A DNA stretch of 56,590 nt from an uncultured Candidatus Saccharibacteria bacterium (GCA_964397855.1 CAYNKQ010000001.1:104046-160635); one strand, 5' to 3'. Shown: positions 1-8,864, numbered from the stretch's first letter. Notes: generated by a model not told the origin, from the sequence alone. A program made the numbers and translations.

Positions 1-339
1 GGACGAGCTGTTGACAGCTTCCCATTCCGAACACTTAATACGCAAACGTCTGGTAAGTTCGATATCCTTGATCTTCCAGCACAAACCTACACTGCTCAAT
101 ATGATGAAGCGCAGGGTGGTAACATTGGTGGTACTGACTCAACAAGTCATGTATCTTCAGACGCGAAGTTCAAATTCAACAAAGCAAGTTTGACTGTTCC
201 AGAGCCAATCGCTCAACAGAACGATCAAGTTATTAGCTGCTCAACTGCAAAAATGCGCTACGTAGCAAACATTGGTGCTGATACTCCAGCTGGTGTATAC
301 ACAACCAAGGTTAACTACCTCGCAGCTCCTCAGTACTAA
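1..339 (+). CDS. 3' end of a secreted surface-protein gene (5' end lies outside the window); third paralog of 438..1538 and 3682..4839
   Basis: Frame 1 is open from base 1 to TAA 337-339. It is absent from the ORF track because no start lies in the window. The C-terminus ...DTPAGVYTTKVNYLAAPQY matches ...RAGVYTTTITYIASGQF and ...TPAGSYSTDLSLIATGRF of the two downstream genes. Confidence 0.75.
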   Translation, partial: GRAVDSFPFRTLNTQTSGKFDILDLPAQTYTAQYDEAQGGNIGGTDSTSHVSSDAKFKFNKASLTVPEPIAQQNDQVISCSTAKMRYVANIGADTPAGVYTTKVNYLAAPQY

Positions 340-380
340 ATAAATCATTTAGTAAGCAGCCCGTGTAGTTCACGGACACA

Positions 381-410
381 AAACAGCCGGCCATTTGGTC
401 GGCTGTTTTA
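381..410 (+). terminator. Rho-independent terminator after the partial gene
   Basis: Stem aaacagccg (381-389) pairs with cggctgttt (400-408) and is followed by T-rich sequence. It lies about 40 nt after the stop codon. Confidence 0.7.
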
Positions 411-437
411 ACTGTAGACCACTACGCAGAACCTTGG

Positions 438-1538
438 ATGTCTAGTACAATAACAGTTATGCTACATGGTTTGTATCGCTTTCACGCACATGTTCACCGG
501 GGTGGTCACCACCATCATGTAATCTCTGAAGGAATTCTGTTCTTTTTTGTAGCTCTGATTGTACTTACCAATCCGGCATCGGCTGCTATGCGCTTCCAGG
601 CTCGAAGCTTGTACATTAATAACATTGAACCCGGCGCAACAACCTCTTATACAGTTGGCTTCAGGTATATGAGTCCACCGGCAATTGCTTCGGTTGATAT
701 GCTGTTTTGCATGGATCCAATTCCGTATCATACGTGCGTAACACCACCCGGGCTCAATGTCTCAAATGCAGTGCTGACTAGTCAGACTGGAGAAGACGGC
801 TTCTCGATCCTGACAAAATCTACAAACCATATTGTATTAACCCGTCCACCAGGTACCGTTACTACTACGGATTCGTCATATACGTTTGACAACATCGTAA
901 ACCCAACCACAACTCAGTCGTTTGCGATTCGCCTGAGGAGTCATACGACATCGAATGCCACGGGTCCACAAGTAGACTTTGGTTCCGTCATGGGCCAAAT
1001 CACAAACGGGATTGTCATACAAACCCAGGTGCCCCCAATGTTGATATTCTGTGTGGCAGAAGAAGTTTCCGAAAACTGTACCGATACGAACGAGAACTAC
1101 TATACAGACATGGGTGAGTTGAATCCTCGACAAACACTTACTGCACAGTCCCAGATGGCAGTGGGCACGAATGCTAGTGGAGGGTTTGTAGTTACCGCCA
1201 ATGGTACGCCAATGAGTGCTGGTACAAATGTTATTGACTCTCTTGCTACACCAACAGAGAGCAAGCCTGGCAGCAATCAGTTTGGCATTAATCTCGTTGC
1301 CAATAGCAGCCCCGCAATTGGAGTTGACCCGGAGGGGACATGGGCCAACGCAACGCCATCTTTAAGTTACGGTACGCCTAATAAGTATAAGTTTGTAACA
1401 GGTGATATTGTAGCGTCTTCACCAAATGTAAGTCTTATGAAAAAGTTCACCGTAAGCTACATAGTTAATTCGAACGAACAACTAAGAGCTGGTGTGTATA
1501 CTACAACGATAACCTACATAGCCAGCGGGCAATTTTAA
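438..1538 (+). CDS. Secreted surface protein, paralog A (uncharacterised family)
   Basis: 366-aa ORF with a signal-like hydrophobic segment ILFFFVALIVLTNPASAA. It aligns by eye with 3682..4839 through FC..P....C..P.G..VS, NIVNP, FCVA....NC, FG[IV][NK]LV and the C-terminal AG.Y.T....A.G.F. The start is uncertain because no SD precedes ATG 438. Confidence 0.8.
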   Translation: MSSTITVMLHGLYRFHAHVHRGGHHHHVISEGILFFFVALIVLTNPASAAMRFQARSLYINNIEPGATTSYTVGFRYMSPPAIASVDMLFCMDPIPYHTCVTPPGLNVSNAVLTSQTGEDGFSILTKSTNHIVLTRPPGTVTTTDSSYTFDNIVNPTTTQSFAIRLRSHTTSNATGPQVDFGSVMGQITNGIVIQTQVPPMLIFCVAEEVSENCTDTNENYYTDMGELNPRQTLTAQSQMAVGTNASGGFVVTANGTPMSAGTNVIDSLATPTESKPGSNQFGINLVANSSPAIGVDPEGTWANATPSLSYGTPNKYKFVTGDIVASSPNVSLMKKFTVSYIVNSNEQLRAGVYTTTITYIASGQF

Positions 1539-1592
1539 TGCTACAATGCTGCTTATACTTAAAAGATGTAAAATGTGAGGAGAGTTGAACCA

Positions 1593-2639
1593 ATGAAACG
1601 TATAAAAAGTCTAGTTATTGCCGCGCTTGTGGTTGTGGCCACTCTGAGTGCAGCATACACTCCGGTTTCTGCCCAATCATCGGCCGCACTGAGTATTGTT
1701 CCAAAAAAGAACTACACGGTTGAACCCGGTAAAACAGTTAAAGACACCCTAGTTATTCGAAACCTTGACGATCAGAAGACGCTAGAACTGACGCTTCGGG
1801 TAGTAGACTTCACCTTCATTGACGATGGCGGTTCCCCAAAACTGATGCTGGAAGAAGACGCTCCTCAAACAACGTGGTCGTTGAAGCCATTTCTAAAGAT
1901 CCCTCAAACAGTAAAGATCCCACCAAAAGCAAGCAAAACTCTAGACATGAGTGTTACTATTCCCGCCAAGCACGGCGCGGGTAGCTACTATAGTGCTATC
2001 GTGTACTCAACTGGTGCTCCAGATGGTGGTAATGTTGGCCTGAGTGCTTCTGGCGTAACCCTGGTCTTTGCATCTGTGCCGGGCACTGTAAACGAAAACC
2101 TTAAGCTTGAAAAGTTCGGTGCCTATAACGGTACTCAGGGTAAGGACGGCTACATGTTTATTACTGCAGAAAAACCCGAGCGAATGGCCTATACTCTTAA
2201 GAACAATGGTAACGTTACCCAGAGTCCGGTTGGTAGCATCACACTTAAGCACATGTTTGGTCAAAAGCAGGTTATTACTGATATCAACCCGAACGAATCA
2301 CTTGCGCTTATTGGTCAGTCTCGTACGTTCATATCGTGTATTAAACTCAAATCAGAATCGGTTGATTTAGAGGGTTCAAAATCTCGAACCAAGGCATGCA
2401 CCTCTCCCAGTCTTTGGCCGGGCCGTTACTCAGCCGATCTTAATATCTTTTATGGCCAAAATGGCAACCGTACACAAGAAATTGTAGGATCTGCATCATT
2501 TTGGTACATGCCGCTGTGGTTCATAATTGTGTTGGCAATTCTGGCTGTGGCAATTGCATACGTTATTTGGCGAGTAGTTGGTAAGGTACGCGGCAAGTCG
2601 GGCCCTAAGACTAAAAAATCATCACGACGAAAATGGTAA
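1593..2639 (+). CDS. C-terminally membrane-anchored surface protein, paralog B (DUF916/DUF3324-like architecture)
   Basis: The ORF-track start at 1575 is GTG, whereas ATG 1593 sits 10 nt after GAGGAG (1577-1582). Signal peptide MKRIKSLVIAALVVVATLSAAYTPVSA. C-terminal TM WFIIVLAILAVAIAYVIW is followed by a basic tail. The beta-rich N-terminus LSIVPKKNYTVEPGKTVKDTLVIRN recalls WxL-cluster CscA-type and PapD-like Ig folds (from memory, not searched). Paralog of 4839..5906. Confidence 0.8.
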   Translation: MKRIKSLVIAALVVVATLSAAYTPVSAQSSAALSIVPKKNYTVEPGKTVKDTLVIRNLDDQKTLELTLRVVDFTFIDDGGSPKLMLEEDAPQTTWSLKPFLKIPQTVKIPPKASKTLDMSVTIPAKHGAGSYYSAIVYSTGAPDGGNVGLSASGVTLVFASVPGTVNENLKLEKFGAYNGTQGKDGYMFITAEKPERMAYTLKNNGNVTQSPVGSITLKHMFGQKQVITDINPNESLALIGQSRTFISCIKLKSESVDLEGSKSRTKACTSPSLWPGRYSADLNIFYGQNGNRTQEIVGSASFWYMPLWFIIVLAILAVAIAYVIWRVVGKVRGKSGPKTKKSSRRKW

Positions 2640-2689
2640 CACAGTAGCCCTTTTGTAAGCGCTGCGGGCGCGTTACAATAAGCATAAGC

Positions 2690-3604
2690 ATGGTACACAA
2701 AATTCGTTACGGCACAAAACAGATACTCCTGATTACGATTGGGATGTTTCTGTTTGTGCTGCTGGTTTCTGTAAGATCTGTATCAGCGATTACGCCAATT
2801 CCTACACCTGAACCAAAGCCGGGTTCACACGGACTTGAGGCTACTAAAAAACAAGCGCCACCAACACAAGGGGCGACCATTACAACTCCTGGAAACGGAG
2901 CATCGTTTACGACTTCGCCGATCACTGTTAACGGTATATGTCCAAACGGACTATTGGTACAGGTATATAACAACGGTGTGATGGTTGGCTCGGTAATGTG
3001 CACGAACGGCAGTTTTAGGGTAGAAGTGGGCTTATTTGCTGGCACAAATGAACTCAGTGCCGTAGTCTATGACGACCTTGATCAACCCGGCCCGATCTCA
3101 AATATCGTTACTGTTACGTACACCGACACTCGCTTCACGGCTTTTGGTGCACTAGTAACTCTCACAAGTTCGTACGGTCGGAGATCAGCTGCAACAGGCA
3201 GTGAACTAAATTGGCCCCTCCAGCTTTCTGGCGGTACTGGGCCGTATGCATTTAGTATTGACTGGAGCGATGGCTCTTCGCCTGAGCTTAAGAGTCAGGC
3301 GCTTACAGGCTTGGTAACGATTGCGCATGCTTACAAAAAAGCTGGGATATATCAGGTTAACGTAAAAGCAACTGATGTGAACGGAGTGACCGCCTTCTTG
3401 CAAGTTATCGCAGTCTCAAATGGTAAGGTCGATTCAACACCTGACGCCGCTGCTGCTGGTAAAAGTGCTACAAAAGTGCTGTGGGTTCCAGCTGTTGTGG
3501 CTCTGGTGCTACTTCCACCAACATATTGGCTTGGTAAGCGTAGTCAAATGGTGACGTTACGCAACAAAATGCTTAAAGAACGCGACAGTTACGGAGAAAA
3601 GTAG
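2690..3604 (+). CDS. Membrane-anchored surface protein with a bacterial Ig-like domain and a PKD-like domain
   Basis: N-terminal signal/TM segment ILLITIGMFLFVLLVSVRSVSA. Ig-like block ATITTPGNGASFTTSPITVNGICPNG...NELSAVVYD. PKD-like block YAFSIDWSDGSSPE...HAYKKAGIYQVNVKATDVNG. C-terminal TM VLWVPAVVALVLL. Confidence 0.75.
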   Translation: MVHKIRYGTKQILLITIGMFLFVLLVSVRSVSAITPIPTPEPKPGSHGLEATKKQAPPTQGATITTPGNGASFTTSPITVNGICPNGLLVQVYNNGVMVGSVMCTNGSFRVEVGLFAGTNELSAVVYDDLDQPGPISNIVTVTYTDTRFTAFGALVTLTSSYGRRSAATGSELNWPLQLSGGTGPYAFSIDWSDGSSPELKSQALTGLVTIAHAYKKAGIYQVNVKATDVNGVTAFLQVIAVSNGKVDSTPDAAAAGKSATKVLWVPAVVALVLLPPTYWLGKRSQMVTLRNKMLKERDSYGEK

Positions 3605-3626
3605 CCTTACAGTCAGTAGCTGCTGT

Positions 3627-3657
3627 TTGACAAGCGTAAGTACTACCGTGATAAACT
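3627..3657 (+). promoter_or_regulatory. Candidate sigma70-type promoter for the second module
   Basis: TTGACA at 3627-3632 and TGaTAAACT (extended -10) at 3649-3657. The 19-nt spacing is longer than optimal. Confidence 0.35.
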
Positions 3658-3681
3658 GTAGCTAGTTACAAGGCAACAAAA

Positions 3682-4839
3682 ATGAATGAGGCTGTGAGGG
3701 AACGAAGCGTGAACTCTTCCAGAGTACTAAACCGGCGAGTGGGATACGTAGCGATTATTGTATTCATACTACTACTCACTTTTGTAATGTCAGCGCTTGC
3801 ATCAGCTTCTCTGGTGACAGAGCGTTCGATTGAGCCCAGTAGCTCATCCGTTTCAGCCACCAACGTAACGTACGGAGTTAATTTTACTTCAGTCGATGCG
3901 GCCAATGCTTTCGTGATTGATTTTTGCAGTAATACACCACTGATTGGTCAGACGTGCACATCACCAACTGGCTTTGATGTTTCTGCAGCTGATGCAACGA
4001 CAACTGGCTTTACCGAGGAACAGGCTCTCGACAACAACACGCTACGTATCACGGGCTCAATTGCAGCGACAACTGCCGTATCAGTTAATGTAACTGGTAT
4101 CGTTAACCCCTCAGTAGCTGGCCCAATGTATGCTCGTATTGTCACTTATGATAGCGACACAAATGCGGACACATACCAATCTGACGATTTGGGAAGTGGT
4201 GTAGTCGACAGCGGCAGCGTAGCCATGTCGATCACTCCTACAATAGGAGTATCGGGGTCTGTGCTGGAGAGCATGACATTCTGTGTAGCTAAAAACATGA
4301 TCAGTGCCAACTGTGATCTGACAGATAATCAACCACCAGCTATTAAGCTTGGTGAGGTTGTCGGAGACAACACGGTTTTAAGTACAGATGTAAGCGAAGG
4401 CATTATCTATACGCAGATTTCAACCAATGCGGTAAGCGGCGCAGTAGTCAGTCTTAAGAGTGGTGCTACAGGGTGCGGTGGGTTGCGACGGATGGGCGCC
4501 CCATCTGCTTGTGATATTGCGCCTGCACAGACTAGCGGTATCTCTCCTGGCGAGGCAAAGTTTGGTGTGAAACTGGTCCCAGCGGCAAACACAGGCTCAA
4601 ATCCTGGAGGCATACTGCGGGCAATCAATAATTATAATGATTCAACTTTTACACTAAACTACACGGTGGGTGATACGGCCGGGGTGACTGGTGCCTATGG
4701 TGACCCGTTCTTCGATACCAATGGCGGGCCGGCTAATGGCAAAAATATGGCACTCACCTTCGGCGCTGCCATTAGTCAGACCACACCCGCAGGTTCGTAC
4801 TCAACTGACCTTAGTTTGATTGCAACGGGCAGGTTCTGA
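3682..4839 (+). CDS. Secreted surface protein, paralog A'
   Basis: 385-aa ORF with signal/TM segment VGYVAIIVFILLLTFVMSALASA. It shares the conserved Cys pairs and C-terminal motif of 438..1538. Confidence 0.85.
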   Translation: MNEAVRERSVNSSRVLNRRVGYVAIIVFILLLTFVMSALASASLVTERSIEPSSSSVSATNVTYGVNFTSVDAANAFVIDFCSNTPLIGQTCTSPTGFDVSAADATTTGFTEEQALDNNTLRITGSIAATTAVSVNVTGIVNPSVAGPMYARIVTYDSDTNADTYQSDDLGSGVVDSGSVAMSITPTIGVSGSVLESMTFCVAKNMISANCDLTDNQPPAIKLGEVVGDNTVLSTDVSEGIIYTQISTNAVSGAVVSLKSGATGCGGLRRMGAPSACDIAPAQTSGISPGEAKFGVKLVPAANTGSNPGGILRAINNYNDSTFTLNYTVGDTAGVTGAYGDPFFDTNGGPANGKNMALTFGAAISQTTPAGSYSTDLSLIATGRF

Positions 4840-5906
4840 TGTCATCAAACAGGTCGGATTACAGTTCAGCACAATTACGGGGAGCGTGGATAGTGCTAAA
4901 TCAACCTATCCGAACGGGTATTTATACGATTATGGCTGCTGTAGCGGTGATCGTTTCGCTTTTTGGTCAGGGACTGCCCGCAGAGGCTACCCCAGGTAAT
5001 TCACCTAACGTGCTCAAGGTTTCGCCAGTACGTAGCGATATTGAAGTTCAGCCAGGCACGAGTAAGGCGGTTCGGACAATAATTACAAATCTTACCAAGG
5101 CACCAATTACGGTTCGTCCTGTAGGGAATGATTTCATTGCGGGAGACGAGCGAGGCACCCCGGCCCTTATCTTAGACGGTGATTCATTCGCACCAACCCA
5201 TAGCTTGAAACGCTTCATGGCTCCGTTGTCTGAGGTGACTATTCCAGCAAGCCAAGACAAGGTAGTGAACGTGGTCATAACAGTGCCGAAAGATGCTCAG
5301 GCTGGTGGTTATTTTGGAGCTATTCGCTTTGTGCCGACCACTCCAAATAGCGGCGAACAGGTTAATCTAAGTGGCAGCGTGGCCTCGCTTATGCTACTGA
5401 AAGTTCCTGGTGATTTGGTTGAAAAACTCGACCTTACCGATTTTGAGATTCAGCAGAAGAGTAAATCGGGAGCGTACTTTCATAGTCCAGATAATCTGCA
5501 GGTCACGGTTCGTTTTGCCAATAAAGGCAACGTACAGGTTGGTCCGTTTGGGAAAGTATCTGTTAAATCAGGCAATGAAGTTGTCTATGAAGCTGATTTC
5601 AACACGAAAGATCCGCGGGATATGGCGTTACCCGACGGAGCCCGCCGGTGGGATATTCCGCTAGAGAAGATTGGTACGTTCGGTAAGTATACCGTAAGCG
5701 CAACCTTTACCTATGGGCAAAAGAACCAAACGGTTGAGGTTACAAAATCATTCTGGGTAATCCCAACGGGTATTGTTATAGCAGGGATTTTAGTAGTAGC
5801 TTTACTCATAGCCGTGTTTATTGGTACTTGGCTGTACTTGCGTCGTCGCAGGTTGCGCGCGCTTCACGGTCACGCTCGCGGGGGTAATGGCTATAAGCGC
5901 TATTAG
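4839..5906 (+). CDS. C-terminally membrane-anchored surface protein, paralog B'
   Basis: Its ATG overlaps the upstream TGA (ATGA-type coupling at 4837-4841). N-terminal TM/signal IYTIMAAVAVIVSLFG. Block LKVSPVRSDIEVQPGTSKAVRTIITN parallels 1593..2639. C-terminal TM IVIAGILVVALLIAVFIGTWLY is followed by RRRR. Confidence 0.85.
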   Translation: MSSNRSDYSSAQLRGAWIVLNQPIRTGIYTIMAAVAVIVSLFGQGLPAEATPGNSPNVLKVSPVRSDIEVQPGTSKAVRTIITNLTKAPITVRPVGNDFIAGDERGTPALILDGDSFAPTHSLKRFMAPLSEVTIPASQDKVVNVVITVPKDAQAGGYFGAIRFVPTTPNSGEQVNLSGSVASLMLLKVPGDLVEKLDLTDFEIQQKSKSGAYFHSPDNLQVTVRFANKGNVQVGPFGKVSVKSGNEVVYEADFNTKDPRDMALPDGARRWDIPLEKIGTFGKYTVSATFTYGQKNQTVEVTKSFWVIPTGIVIAGILVVALLIAVFIGTWLYLRRRRLRALHGHARGGNGYKRY

Positions 5907-5946
5907 CGATAGTATAATGAATACCAATACTAATGAAGGAGTATAC

Positions 5947-6477
5947 GTGTCAGCAATTCGTTTTACAGCCACACTTCGTAAGCTTGATGCAGCTGAAAAG
6001 GTCGGATCGGGAGTTATTGTGGCCTTGCCAAAAGAGGCAAGCCTAGAGCTGCCGTCACGAGGCATGGTTATGATTGAGGGGTCAGTTAATGACGCTCATT
6101 TTCGTGCACCGCTAGAGCCGGATGGTCAAGGAAGTCACTGGTTTAAAGTCGATAAAGATATGCGCAGTGTAGTTGGAATAGACGTAGGTGAAGCCGCTAC
6201 CTTTAATATTGCATCAACCAAACAGTGGCCAGATCCAGAGGTCCCAGACGATCTGCAACGTGCGCTGCAGGCTGATCAAGAGGCGAACGAAATGTGGTCA
6301 AAAATCACTCCAATGGCACGATGGGATTGGATTCGTTGGATGGACGCAGTTGTACTAGAAAAAACCCGCAAAGAACGCCCGGAGAAGCTCTGTTCGATGC
6401 TTCGTGCAGGAAAGCGGAGGCCATGCTGTTTCAATCGTGCTTACCGCGCCATGCCGCGTGCTGCGGAGTTGCTTTAG
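5947..6477 (+). CDS. DUF1905 / YdeI-OmpD-associated family protein
   Basis: FTATLRKL...GVIVALPKEAS...RGMVMIEGSVN is DUF1905-like. VPDDLQRAL...WIRWMDAVVLEKTRKER is YdeI-like. In-frame GTG 5947 lies 5 nt after GAAGGAG (5935-5941). ATG 5917 and the track start 5821 would overlap the upstream gene. Confidence 0.7.
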   Translation: MSAIRFTATLRKLDAAEKVGSGVIVALPKEASLELPSRGMVMIEGSVNDAHFRAPLEPDGQGSHWFKVDKDMRSVVGIDVGEAATFNIASTKQWPDPEVPDDLQRALQADQEANEMWSKITPMARWDWIRWMDAVVLEKTRKERPEKLCSMLRAGKRRPCCFNRAYRAMPRAAELL

Positions 6478-6497
6478 TAGCAGGGTAAAACCCCACC

Positions 6498-6698
6498 TTA
6501 TTTTAGCCGCTCGAGTGCGCCACGTCGTTTAACAATATTTTTATAATCCCACTGAATAGACTTAGATTTTTTGAGCCAGCGTTTTAGATCCGAAATATTA
6601 ATCTGTTCTAGGTCTGTGTACCGGATTTCGGCAGCTTTAAAACTGCCCTCTATCTGTAAGGTTGGTTCATCAAATGATTGTCCACTCCAAAGGCTCAC
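6498..6698 (-). CDS. Small conserved hypothetical protein (possibly a DUF1801-like C-terminal module)
   Basis: 66-aa ORF with a GTG start 4 nt after the stop of the upstream VOC gene. Its sequence ...GSFKAAEIRYTDLEQINISDLKRWLKKS... resembles the C-terminal part of YdhG/DUF1801 proteins. This is a weak recollection. Confidence 0.4.
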   Translation of the reverse strand: MSLWSGQSFDEPTLQIEGSFKAAEIRYTDLEQINISDLKRWLKKSKSIQWDYKNIVKRRGALERLK

Positions 6699-6702
6699 GT
6701 GC

Positions 6703-7128
6703 TTAAGCCTCCTGAGGTTTTTGACCAGCGATGTTGACCATCCAGAGAATACCGAACTGATCTGTTAGCATTCCAAAAGTATCTCCCCATGGAGCTTTGG
6801 TAAGTGGCTGGGATTGCTGCCCACCTTCGGAGAGTTTGCTGTAGTAGCTACTGAGCTCTGCCTCATTATCACCACTTAGGGAAATACTGATGCTGGTTCC
6901 AGAATTGTATGGCATGCCATCGGGAAGATCGGCCGCCATGAGTGTTATACCGTTTTCTGCTACCAGCATACCGTGCATAATCTGATTTGGATCGCCCTGG
7001 TTTGCCGCCATGCCGCCTTCTTGAAATGTACTGAGTTCAAGTTTTCCGCCAAACACAGTGTTGTAAAATTCCATAGCTTTTCGAGCATTACCGTTAAACG
7101 TAATGTACGGATTAAGTTTTGATTGCAT
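6703..7128 (-). CDS. VOC/glyoxalase-fold protein, PhnB/YjdN-like
   Basis: LNPYITFNGNARKAMEFYNTVFGG...IMHGML...PWGDTFGMLTDQFGILWMVN is typical of the PhnB-like 3-demethylubiquinone methyltransferase-fold family. SD AAGGAG lies upstream. Confidence 0.75.
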   Translation of the reverse strand: MQSKLNPYITFNGNARKAMEFYNTVFGGKLELSTFQEGGMAANQGDPNQIMHGMLVAENGITLMAADLPDGMPYNSGTSISISLSGDNEAELSSYYSKLSEGGQQSQPLTKAPWGDTFGMLTDQFGILWMVNIAGQKPQEA

Positions 7129-7206
7129 CCCGTTCTCCTTCTTATATAGATTAGTATACTCTCGAAGTAGACTAAATGCCGATCCTCACAATAGGATGGA
7201 TCTGCG

Positions 7207-8862
7207 TTACTGCTTTATGTGCCGTTGAAGTGCATCAGGCTTTTCGGTTGTCCAGCCTGCTGGTGGTGCAACAGTAGCCCATGCATGTGGGGCGGTATCA
7301 ATGTAGTAGTGGCCATTGCCGATGGGTGCCGAAGCGGCGATTGCTTGGTCGAGTCCTACTTGCAAGAATGTAATGATCGGGTACCAGCGTGTCTGCGGCG
7401 AGACTGCTCGGCCACGTTCTTCTTTTAGCCAGTCCGGTTTTTTAAACAGTAGATCAAAATTGAACCAAACAACTGGATCATTGGCGTGTTGCAGAAAAAG
7501 TATTCTCGTGTCATCTATTGACGGGCTGGTTGCAATAATATCTTCTCGGCTTGATGCAAATACGACCGACTTTCCTGATTTATATTTTGGTTGCCATTCT
7601 GGTGACCCGGGGTCTCTAGAATCTGTTATATTTCGCCATAGGTCCGTATCGTTAGGTGTTCCTGTAAACAATGCTCCGTCTACTGAGCGCCGAATATCAT
7701 TTACACTGCTAAACGCTTCTTGCCCACCAAACGAACCAAGGCTAAGGCCGTACACGACTAGCTTCGGTCTGTTGCTTTGCGGTAGTGATTGCCATTCTTC
7801 AAAAACGGTATCGTAGAGTACGCGACCAGCTTCTTTGGCTCGATCTTGATCAACTAAAAATGATATCCAACTTGGTAAATAAGAATACTGCTGCGAGACT
7901 ATAGCGCTACTTCCGCCGTACATATATTCTAACGAATCGGATGCAGTTGGGTCGATCCAGCCCGTGCCAGTTGCGGTTGCGATAACCAATATGTCTCTAT
8001 TGAATGCACCGGTTCGTTTCAATTCAGCTAAGGCAAGGTCAGCACGAGCTTGTGCAGTGTCCGCTGAGGCTACTCCAGCATATACACGAATAGGGTCCGC
8101 AGCAGGAGTGCCGCTGTACTGGCTAATCTGTTCTTGGGTTGGGCCCTTGCCAAGAAAAGCCCTTCCTTGAAATCCTACCGTATCCCAAGCTATAAACGAT
8201 CCGGGGCCACCGGAGCGGTTTGCGCTTAGTGGCTTGGCTGCTCCTTCAGGAGTAGTTGCATCTCTGATGCCAAACGCCGAGTCAGCTACGTGTAAGAATG
8301 CACTGAATAGAATACCGCTAACTGCCAGGTATACGATGAATCCGCTACTCAGAAGTGCTAGAAATACACCTAACCTTGCGGGCATTCGCTTTGAATACAG
8401 TCGAGCTATCTTCAGGCACATTTCTCGTATCATTCTGCCAAGATAGAAAAAGATCACGGAGACTATCGTAGTGCTAAGCACTATCAACAGTGAGTGGGTA
8501 AGCCCGATTTCTTCCACGCCCAGGAGTCGTCTGACTTGATTCTGCCACACCCTGCCTGCTAATAGGGCTCCAAGTATCAGCAGAGGAGCGGCAACCTTGA
8601 GCAGTCTCCACGATACTTGCTTAGTCTTGTGGCTGAGTTCACTCTGAATAAACCATCTATAGAGCGAGCTACAACCAAGACCTACGCCATATCCGATTAC
8701 CAAGCCAAGACCACTAATAAAACCCTGAATAAACCATGGTCTCGGCAGTAGCGAGGGCAAAACGGAACAAAGAACTGCTCCAATAGCAAAGATAGTTCCG
8801 AGAAAACTGGGCTTCCAATTTTTAGGAGCCTCTTGTTTAATTGACGTGTTTTTTGTGCGCAC
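7207..8862 (-). CDS. Membrane-fused alpha/beta-hydrolase (Abhydrolase_9-like)
   Basis: The N-terminal ~190 aa contain several TM helices. The C-terminal hydrolase domain has the GLSLGSFGG nucleophile elbow (GxSxG). The GTG start lies 2 nt after the stop of the upstream membrane-protein gene. Confidence 0.7.
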   Translation of the reverse strand: MRTKNTSIKQEAPKNWKPSFLGTIFAIGAVLCSVLPSLLPRPWFIQGFISGLGLVIGYGVGLGCSSLYRWFIQSELSHKTKQVSWRLLKVAAPLLILGALLAGRVWQNQVRRLLGVEEIGLTHSLLIVLSTTIVSVIFFYLGRMIREMCLKIARLYSKRMPARLGVFLALLSSGFIVYLAVSGILFSAFLHVADSAFGIRDATTPEGAAKPLSANRSGGPGSFIAWDTVGFQGRAFLGKGPTQEQISQYSGTPAADPIRVYAGVASADTAQARADLALAELKRTGAFNRDILVIATATGTGWIDPTASDSLEYMYGGSSAIVSQQYSYLPSWISFLVDQDRAKEAGRVLYDTVFEEWQSLPQSNRPKLVVYGLSLGSFGGQEAFSSVNDIRRSVDGALFTGTPNDTDLWRNITDSRDPGSPEWQPKYKSGKSVVFASSREDIIATSPSIDDTRILFLQHANDPVVWFNFDLLFKKPDWLKEERGRAVSPQTRWYPIITFLQVGLDQAIAASAPIGNGHYYIDTAPHAWATVAPPAGWTTEKPDALQRHIKQ

Positions 8863-8864
8863 AA

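Noticed and set aside
5821-5946. N-terminal extension of the DUF1905/YdeI ORF
   Set aside because: It overlaps the 3' end of 4839..5906 in another frame. Homology to DUF1905 begins at ...IRFTATL, and an SD precedes the in-frame GTG at 5947.
7316-7816. 166-aa plus-strand ORF and similar long antisense ORFs (for example 16352-18021, 24252-24650, 35423-35770, 27667-28023, 38017-38427, 44081-44455)
   Set aside because: All lie entirely inside longer ORFs with clear family signatures on the opposite strand. Their composition is low-complexity or skewed (Ser/Arg/Cys-rich), typical of shadow ORFs.
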